From positions 30,001 to 62,000 of the forward strand of contig NC_009925.1 in the NCBI RefSeq assembly GCF_000018105.1: a stretch of DNA of 32,000 nt, in the 5' to 3' direction. A program made the translations under genes and the position numbers. Below are positions 26,480 to 32,000 of this stretch, one piece after another (position 1 is the first letter of the stretch; every line of letters starts with the position of its first letter). Source of the stretch: Acaryochloris marina MBIC11017 (GTDB lineage Bacteria > Cyanobacteriota > Cyanobacteriia > Thermosynechococcales > Thermosynechococcaceae). The notes under the pieces were generated by a model that was not told the DNA's origin, searched no databases, and saw nothing but the letters and a program-made list of their open reading frames with translations.

Positions 26480-26868
26480 AATCAAGGGGTCTCCTAGATT
26501 GTCTATTTGCCTTCAGTGTAAAAAGAGAATTCAGATTCGGAAGCTGGATTGAAGGTTGTTTTAAGCCTTAAAGATTACCAATCATTACAAATCATACGCA
26601 GAAATAAAATAGAAGGGCATGATTTAGAGAACAGCCCCACTTTGGGTATGACGGTGGGCTAAAACTAGCTAGCAATAGACGATGGAGTGACCACAACAAG
26701 AGTGATAAACAACACGATCTCTTGTGACACACATCATATTTTTCAACTAGCGTAAATTATATCCTTAATTTCAGTGAGCCACAGCCCAGGAACAATCTGG
26801 TTGAGGCCACGACACAAAACCTAAGCAAACACTAACTTTTTATTCCCCCTGCATTGAAGGAGACTCCT

Positions 26869-27216
26869 ATGACTCGCCAAATCAAAATGATTGCTGGTTT
26901 GCTCGCCACTACAAGCGTCGCTGGATTAGTGGTTGCCGCTTTCCCTCAAATTTCCCTGGCTGGTCAAAAGCACACTTACGACCCCATTTTGGTTCAACGC
27001 TATAACTCTGGCTGCGTCGAGAAAGTAACTGGTAAAGGTTATTCTCCTGCCCAAGCTAAGCAAATGTGCAGCTGCTCCATGAGCAATATGCAAACCCAGC
27101 TCACTGAAAATCAAGCTATTAGCCTACTGATTAAATCTCAGTTCAGCTTCTCCAAGGATAAGGACACTGGACTACCTACTTCCCTTTCTCCTTACTTCGT
27201 GGGCTGCAAAGCCTAA
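26869..27216 (+). CDS. Small secreted Cys-containing hypothetical protein
   Basis: The ATG at 26869 is preceded by AAGGAG. Signal peptide MTRQIKMIAGLLATTSVAGLVVAAFPQISLA. I recognised no family. Confidence 0.55.
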   Translation: MTRQIKMIAGLLATTSVAGLVVAAFPQISLAGQKHTYDPILVQRYNSGCVEKVTGKGYSPAQAKQMCSCSMSNMQTQLTENQAISLLIKSQFSFSKDKDTGLPTSLSPYFVGCKA

Positions 27217-27658
27217 CCTCAAAGCAGGCTCACCCCTTTTAGCCATGATTCCCGTATACCGCTAAAATATAAGTACATATAAACTATTTAGCGGGTATTG
27301 GGGTCATGGCCTACCCACTGTCAGCGACTAAGCTTCAGACCTATCGTCAATGTCCTCAAGCCTATTATTTCAAGCATGAGCGGCGGTTAACGGTCCCCAC
27401 GGCTTTCGGTTCACCCACCTTTGGTAAAGCAATCCATCGGGCTTTGGCCCAAATTTACCAAGACTGGTCCTATGCCGACCCCATTCCGCCCCTGCAATGG
27501 TTTGCCGACTGTTGGCAACAGCATATCGGCGAACTCAGTGAGTCCCAAATTCATGAAGGCTGGCAAGCCCTGGAGACTTACTATCGCCAATATGTGGCTC
27601 CTCAATCGATGTTGCGAAAACCTTTGGGCATTGAGGGCAAGATTCAAGCCTCTTTTCA

Positions 27659-27667
27659 GGTCAGTAA
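27659..27667. repeat. Left copy of the 9-bp target-site duplication GGTCAGTAA of the IS903-like element
   Basis: An identical 9-mer lies at 28727-28735, immediately outside the inverted repeats. Confidence 0.85.
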
Positions 27668-28726
27668 GGCGTTGTTGCATGAATAGGTGCTGCGGATTAG
27701 GCGCGGGCTAGAGTTTATGTACCACCAAAAACCGCTAGCCCATGAGTTACCAAATCCGCAACTGGTCCGAGTATAACGCTGGTCTCAAACAGCGGGGAAG
27801 TGTGACCTTCTGGCTCGAACAATCAGCTATCGTTCATTGGCTAGAAACCACACCGAGACAAAAGCGGGGAGCCTCTCTGACCTATAGCGATACAGCAATC
27901 TCCACCTTCGAGACCGTCAAATGTATCTATGGTTTAGCAGGGCGTCAAACCGAAGGATTTCTAAATTCATTGTTTGAGTTGATGGGAATTGAGCTTCCCG
28001 TTTGTGACCACAGCACCGTCTCTCGGCGGAAAGGTCAGCTATCGATTTCATTGCCCGTTATACCTAAGCAAGGTGCCATTCACGTCGTTATCGATAGCAC
28101 AGGGATCAAAGTCTATGGTGAAGGAGAGTGGAAAACCAGGCAACATGGTGTGAGCAAACGTCGGACGTGGCGTAAACTTCACTTGAGTGTTGATGAGTCC
28201 ACTGGAGAAATTCTCACGGGTGTCGTGACAACCAATGACGTTCAGGATGGTGAAGTGTTTGAAGATCTCCTTGAAGGCATCGACGATGAGATTGAACAGG
28301 TCTCTGCTGACGGAGCCTATGACCAAAGTCATTGCTATGATGCCCTCATGGAGCGCAATGCCACAGCTGCAATTCCCCCAAGGAAGAATGCCAAAATTTG
28401 GCAACATGGAAACTGCAATGCTCCACCCCATCCACGAGATCAAAATCTCAGAGCCATCCGAAAACAGGGACGAAAGAGGTGGAAAAAACAAGCCCACTAT
28501 CATCGGCGGTCTCTAGCTGAAACGACGATGTTTCGCTTCAAAACTATCTTTGGGGGTCAGGTACGTTCCCGTAACTTTGATAATCAAGCCACAGAGTTAC
28601 TCCTGCAGTGTGCGGCACTCAATCGAATGATTCAGATCGCCAAACCCGAGACTGTTTGGGTTGAAGCTTAAGAATAACGAGGAGAGGCAATTCATCTAGC
28701 CTTTACGCGATTCATGCAACAAAGCC
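27668..28726 (+). mobile_element. IS5-family, IS903-group insertion sequence (1059 bp)
   Basis: The terminal inverted repeats are GGCGTTGTTGCATGAAT and GGCTTTGTTGCATGAAT (reverse complement of the right end), identical at 16 of 17 positions and close to the IS903 end I recall. There is a single transposase ORF and a 9-bp duplication, as expected for the IS903 group. Confidence 0.9.
27742..28671 (+). CDS. IS903-group (IS5 family) DDE transposase
   Basis: The 309-aa product appears collinear with IS903 transposase as I recall it: NWSEYNAGLKQRGSVTFW, VIDSTGIKVYGEGEWK, WRKLHLSVD, ADGAYD, RRSLAET. Confidence 0.9.
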   Translation: MSYQIRNWSEYNAGLKQRGSVTFWLEQSAIVHWLETTPRQKRGASLTYSDTAISTFETVKCIYGLAGRQTEGFLNSLFELMGIELPVCDHSTVSRRKGQLSISLPVIPKQGAIHVVIDSTGIKVYGEGEWKTRQHGVSKRRTWRKLHLSVDESTGEILTGVVTTNDVQDGEVFEDLLEGIDDEIEQVSADGAYDQSHCYDALMERNATAAIPPRKNAKIWQHGNCNAPPHPRDQNLRAIRKQGRKRWKKQAHYHRRSLAETTMFRFKTIFGGQVRSRNFDNQATELLLQCAALNRMIQIAKPETVWVEA

Positions 28727-28735
28727 GGTCAGTAA
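28727..28735. repeat. Right copy of the 9-bp target-site duplication GGTCAGTAA
   Basis: Identical to 27659-27667. Confidence 0.85.
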
Positions 28736-29102
28736 TATAGAGTTCGCCCTGTCCGGTCGCTATGACCGTTTAGACTGGCTAGACGATGGCCTAGAACTGA
28801 TTGACTACAAAACCAGTAAAACTGTTAAGCCCCCAGAAGCCATTGATGTGCAGTTGGGGCTTTACTATTTAGCGCTGGAACAGACTTATCACCATGCCCT
28901 TAAACGCTTGAGCTTGATCTATATTACGCAGCAATCAATGCATTTCTTATGAGGTTACTCCCGATCATTTAGACCAAATCAAAGGTTTGATTGGCGACTT
29001 AGCACTAAAACTGAGGTCTGATCAAGACTGGCATCTGAAGTGACCCCCAAGATTCGGACAAGTCCTTAAGCATCGTAATCTTGTACCGAATGAGGGAAAT
29101 TA

Positions 29103-29408
29103 ATGTCATCAAAACGTCGTCAATATAGTGCTGAGTTCAAAGCTCAAGTGGTCTTACAATTGTTAAGCGGTGAAAAAACGAGCAGTGCATTGTGTCGCAT
29201 CCATACCCTGCACTCTAGCCTCCTCAACCGCTGGCGCAAGGAATTTCTAGCGCACGCCAGTAGCATTTTTGAGAGTCAGAACAACGACGACAACGCTGAA
29301 GCGAAAATTGCTCAGTTAGAGCGTCTAGTCGGCCAATTGACGCTGCAATTAGAGATCGCAAAAAAAGCCTCAATGTCCTTACACCTAACCAAAAACGGCA
29401 GATGGTGA
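29103..29408 (+). CDS. IS3-family transposase OrfA (HTH/leucine-zipper part)
   Basis: RRQYSAEFKAQVVLQLLSG and the coiled segment AKIAQLERLVGQLTLQLEIAKKA are typical of IS3 OrfA. Confidence 0.85.
   Translation: MSSKRRQYSAEFKAQVVLQLLSGEKTSSALCRIHTLHSSLLNRWRKEFLAHASSIFESQNNDDNAEAKIAQLERLVGQLTLQLEIAKKASMSLHLTKNGRW
29360..29366 (+). other. Programmed -1 ribosomal frameshift site A AAA AAA (followed by G) joining OrfA to OrfB
   Basis: In the orfA frame the codons read GCA AAA AAA GCC. A -1 slip continues as AGC CTC AAT..., in the orfB frame (29402 frame), giving ...LEIAKK-SLNVLTPNQKRQMVRQ... Confidence 0.7.
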
Positions 29409-30259
29409 GACAGTTGCAGCAGGACTATTCCATTCGCCAAATTTGTCAGGTACTCAATTACCCACGCTCTCAAGTGTATTACCATGCCAGAGGCCAACCG
29501 GATGAGAGCGAACTAAAAGCGGCCATTGCTGGAGTTGCTGGAGCCTATCCGACTTATGGCTATCGTCGAATCACCGCCCAACTGCAGCGTCAGGGGTATT
29601 GCGTTAACCATAAACGCGTGGCTCGACTAATGCGACAGATAGGGATTATGGCCAAGACCAAAGTCAAACGCAAACGCACCACCAATAGCGAACATTCGTT
29701 CCCTCGCTATGGCAATCGAGTGTTGAATCTCTCCATCGACCATCCTGAGCAGGTGTGGGTGGCGGACATCACGTACATTCGCTTACAGCAGGAGTTTGTC
29801 TATTTGGCCGTCGTGATGGATGTCTTTACTCGCGCCATTCGTGGCTGGCATCTGTCCCGCCATATCGACCAGCAACTAACGTTGAGGGCGTTGAACAAGG
29901 CGTTGGAGCGGGCAACGCCTGAGATTCACCATTCTGACCAAGGGGTTCAGTATGCCGCTGCAGCCTATATGCAATTGCTCCAACAACACCAAGTGCAAAT
30001 CAGTATGGCCGAGGTGGGACAGGCTTGGCAAAATGGCTATGCTGAGCGATTGATGAGAACGATAAAAGAAGAAGAGGTCGATTTATCAGACTATCGAAAT
30101 TTTACTGAAGCGTATGAGCACATTGAGCAGTTTCTAGAAGATGTGTATATGCATAAGCGGATTCATTCATCACTGGGGTATTTGACACCCTGTGAATATG
30201 AGCAGCAGTGGAGACAACAGAACAATCACTATTGTATGAATAAGGAGGATAGCGCTTAA
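29402..30259 (+). CDS. IS3-family transposase OrfB (rve integrase core, DDE)
   Basis: VWVADITYIRL (first D), HSDQGVQYAA (second D), and NGYAERLMRTIKEE (E followed by K/R), as in the IS3 family. Confidence 0.9.
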   Translation: MVRQLQQDYSIRQICQVLNYPRSQVYYHARGQPDESELKAAIAGVAGAYPTYGYRRITAQLQRQGYCVNHKRVARLMRQIGIMAKTKVKRKRTTNSEHSFPRYGNRVLNLSIDHPEQVWVADITYIRLQQEFVYLAVVMDVFTRAIRGWHLSRHIDQQLTLRALNKALERATPEIHHSDQGVQYAAAAYMQLLQQHQVQISMAEVGQAWQNGYAERLMRTIKEEEVDLSDYRNFTEAYEHIEQFLEDVYMHKRIHSSLGYLTPCEYEQQWRQQNNHYCMNKEDSA

Positions 30260-30626
30260 TTCATCTATTGCCCTGTCCGAATATAGGGGTTCACTTCAAT
30301 CCTCATGAAGGCGAGCAGTGCGATCGCTGCGGGTATCGTCAATATTGCAGTGCTCAACCCCCCAACCCTGAACCGCTTCCACAAACAGCCAAACCACCGC
30401 GAAAGGTCCAACTGGCTCTACCACTCCCTTAATCACACGCAAAATTGACTGACAGTCTGCTCAAAATAAAACTGACGGCAGATTAGCAAATCAACATCCC
30501 GTATTTCTTTGAGCTTAGATATTGCTGGCCTCTAATATTACCGTTTAACAAACCACCATAAAAACAGATTGTTATCTGCCATTTCGATGATGTAATTCGC
30601 ATCGATTCAAAATGTATTTGGCACCA

Positions 30627-30977
30627 TTATTCAGGAATGTTAAAAGCTTGGGATAGCGTTCCCAGTTTTGTGAGATTGTCTCGGGTGTAATGATTTCGTA
30701 TTCCGAGGCTTCGAGCGATGTCGTGTAAAAGTACGACCCGTGCAATGTCAAAAGTGATGTCAGATTCGTGGATCATATAGAGCAAGTGTTCGAGAGCAAT
30801 ACCGAATTCGTTATGAGACAGATGATCCACGATCGTATCGCGTCCATCCAGTAGGCCCACTTGCATAAATGTCTCATGACTGGGGTCGCGCTGATGCAAT
30901 TCATAGATTTGGCGATGTGCAATCTCTGCGCACTGTTCGATTGCACGAACTACTTCTTTGTAGTCAATTAGGGCCAT
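30627..30977 (-). CDS. Small cytoplasmic protein, possibly a MafI-family immunity protein
   Basis: 116 aa. The segment IVDHLSHNEFGIALEHLLYMIHESDITFD...IARSLGI resembles the MafI pattern (D-x-L-x-x-x-E-x-G-[LI]-A-L-E-x-L). ATG start. It lies between the broken nuclease gene and an IS256-family element. Confidence 0.4.
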   Translation of the reverse strand: MALIDYKEVVRAIEQCAEIAHRQIYELHQRDPSHETFMQVGLLDGRDTIVDHLSHNEFGIALEHLLYMIHESDITFDIARVVLLHDIARSLGIRNHYTRDNLTKLGTLSQAFNIPE

Positions 30978-32000
30978 TGATAACTGCTTGTGAGAAATTC
31001 AGGTGAGAGTGTTTAGATTTTTGTGTAAGCAGCAGTGTATTCAATAGTTGAATCGTGTTGGGAACAGAATAGCAAAATGGGACAGCGCCGCCTTCCAATT
31101 CAGAATTGGTCTGGTCCATCGCTTCGAAATATTCCTCATCGCTAGAAACATCAATTTGTAGACAGACTCTTCATTAGGGAAAACCGCTTTGGTCTTAATC
31201 ACCTTTCTCAGTGAGCGGTTGAGCGACTCAATGGCATTGGTGGTGTAGATAACCTTACGGATGGCCATTGGGTATTGAAACAACGGGGCAACATTATCCC
31301 AATGTCGTATCCAGATTTGGCTAATGCCAGGATACGTCTCGTCCCATTTATGGGCAAATGCATCCAACGCAGCCTCAGACTCTTCCAAAGTGGCCGCTTG
31401 GTAAATGGGCTTGAGGTCTGCAGCTACGGCTCGACTTTCCTTCCACGGCACATGGCGAAGGCTATTACGAATAAGATGGACAATACAAACCTGCACCTGG
31501 GTCTGAGGGTAGACCGACTCAATCGCTTGAGGAAAACCTTTGAGTCCATCACAGCAAGCAATCAAGATATCCTGAGTTCCTCGATTTTTAAGGTCTGTGA
31601 GCACCGAAAGCCAGAATTTTGCTCCCTCTCGTTCAGCGGCTCCTATCCATAATCCCAACAGTTCCTTGTTGCCCTCCACAGTCACTGCCAAAGCGACATA
31701 GACAGCTCGCTTGCTGACTTGACCATTGACTTTGATGTTCACATACAGCGCATCAAGATAGACAATCGGATACACCTCATCCAGCGGCCTTGAACGCCAG
31801 TCTTTGACCTCTTCCATGACGCTATTGGTGACGTCACTAATCAGAGCTTCAGAGATATTGGCCCCATACAGCTCCACCAATTGGGCTCGAATATCACGGG
31901 TGGTCATGCCCCGAGCATATAAGGCGATGATTTTCTCATCGAGCCCTGCGATGCGTCGCTGGCCTTTAGGCACCAGGACAGGCTCAAACTCGCCGCAACG
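30978..32000 (-). mobile_element. IS256-family insertion sequence, partial (runs off the right window edge)
   Basis: It contains a Mutator-type transposase gene. The element end must lie within 30978-31040, but I cannot define it because the other inverted repeat is outside the window. Confidence 0.7.
31041..32000 (-). CDS. IS256-family (Mutator-type) transposase, N-terminus outside the window
   Basis: The reading frame stays open to position 32000 (..FEPVLVPKGQRRIAGLDEKIIALYARGMTTRDI..). It has the typical DALYVNIK, LIACCDGLKGF and IVHLIRNS blocks. Confidence 0.9.
   Translation of the reverse strand, partial: RCGEFEPVLVPKGQRRIAGLDEKIIALYARGMTTRDIRAQLVELYGANISEALISDVTNSVMEEVKDWRSRPLDEVYPIVYLDALYVNIKVNGQVSKRAVYVALAVTVEGNKELLGLWIGAAEREGAKFWLSVLTDLKNRGTQDILIACCDGLKGFPQAIESVYPQTQVQVCIVHLIRNSLRHVPWKESRAVAADLKPIYQAATLEESEAALDAFAHKWDETYPGISQIWIRHWDNVAPLFQYPMAIRKVIYTTNAIESLNRSLRKVIKTKAVFPNEESVYKLMFLAMRNISKRWTRPILNWKAALSHFAILFPTRFNY

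Larger units (their letters stand above)
29036..30298 (+). mobile_element. IS3-family insertion sequence (1263 bp)
   Basis: TG...CA termini. The inverted repeats are TGAAGTGACCCCCAAGATTCGGACA and TGAAGTGAACCCCTATATTCGGACA (reverse complement of the right end), identical at 22 of 25 positions. A 3-bp duplication ATC lies at 29033-29035 and 30299-30301. The orfA/orfB arrangement has a slippery A-run. Confidence 0.9.
27306..30447 (+). pseudogene. Cas4/AddB-like PD-(D/E)XK nuclease gene disrupted by two IS insertions and a 1-nt frameshift
   Basis: The three native segments are 27306-27667, 28736-29035 and 30302-30447. Motifs present: N-terminal YRQCPQAYYF, GRYDRLD, ELIDYKTSK, QLGLYYLAL and C-terminal CDRCGYRQYC. 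In-silico excision of both IS elements plus one copy of each target duplication keeps the reading frame. A +1 shift remains near 28920-28926. Confidence 0.85.

Noticed and set aside
27259-27294. Hairpin CCGCTAAA...TTTAGCGG between the small secreted protein gene and the nuclease pseudogene, considered as a terminator
   Set aside because: The stem is only 8 bp with a 20-nt AT-rich loop and no following T-tract. That is too weak to call.
28048-28516. ORFs antisense to or out of frame with the IS903-group transposase (28048..28503 minus, 28235..28516 plus)
   Set aside because: They are embedded in a transposase gene that appears collinear with IS903 Tnp as I recall it. I know of no second gene in this IS group.
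29041-30293. First guess at the IS3 boundaries (TGACCCCC ... GGGGTTCA)
   Set aside because: These ends give no direct repeat, and excision leaves the nuclease gene out of frame. Extending by 5 nt on each side (29036-30298, TGAAGTGA.../...TCACTTCA) gives TG/CA ends, a 3-bp ATC duplication and an in-frame restored gene.
31275-31652. 125-aa plus-strand ORF antisense to the IS256-family transposase
   Set aside because: It lies fully inside the transposase coding region, and nothing supports it as a gene.
1-32000. Search by eye of all intergenic spacers for tRNA, rRNA, tmRNA or CRISPR repeats
   Set aside because: I saw no cloverleaf-compatible segments, conserved rRNA blocks or regularly spaced direct repeats. 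A tRNAscan/Infernal run would be needed to be definitive.

Overview
This window looks like a chromosomal segment of a cyanobacterium. I count 13 perfect copies of the HIP1 octamer GCGATCGC. It also carries an SLH/OprB-type porin, a DXCF cyanobacteriochrome and a PAO/Tic55-type Rieske oxygenase. About 30 protein-coding genes are supportable, and I saw no rRNA, tRNA or CRISPR array. Positions 1-20.6 kb are mostly housekeeping, envelope and signalling genes. They include a co-directional minus-strand cluster (GNAT, ruvX, DUF3727-like, mltG, HAD phosphatase) that ends at a strong intrinsic terminator. They also include a porin flanked by unusually long non-coding regions and an orphan PixJ-like photoreceptor. 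Positions 20.6-27.3 kb look more accessory. Two paralogous secreted SH3 genes bracket a Cys-containing secreted protein. A tightly coupled pair encodes a stand-alone leucine-rich-repeat protein and a DUF790/Bax1-type nuclease, with no XPB helicase in the window. This pair is my best candidate for an undescribed system. Positions 27.3-32 kb are IS-ridden. A Cas4-like PD-(D/E)XK nuclease gene is split by an IS903-group IS5 element (9-bp target duplication) and by an IS3-family element (3-bp duplication), and it also has a 1-nt frameshift. A MafI-like orphan immunity gene and a partial IS256-family element running off the window follow. All functional calls rest on motifs I recognised by eye in the translations. 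No database search was run.
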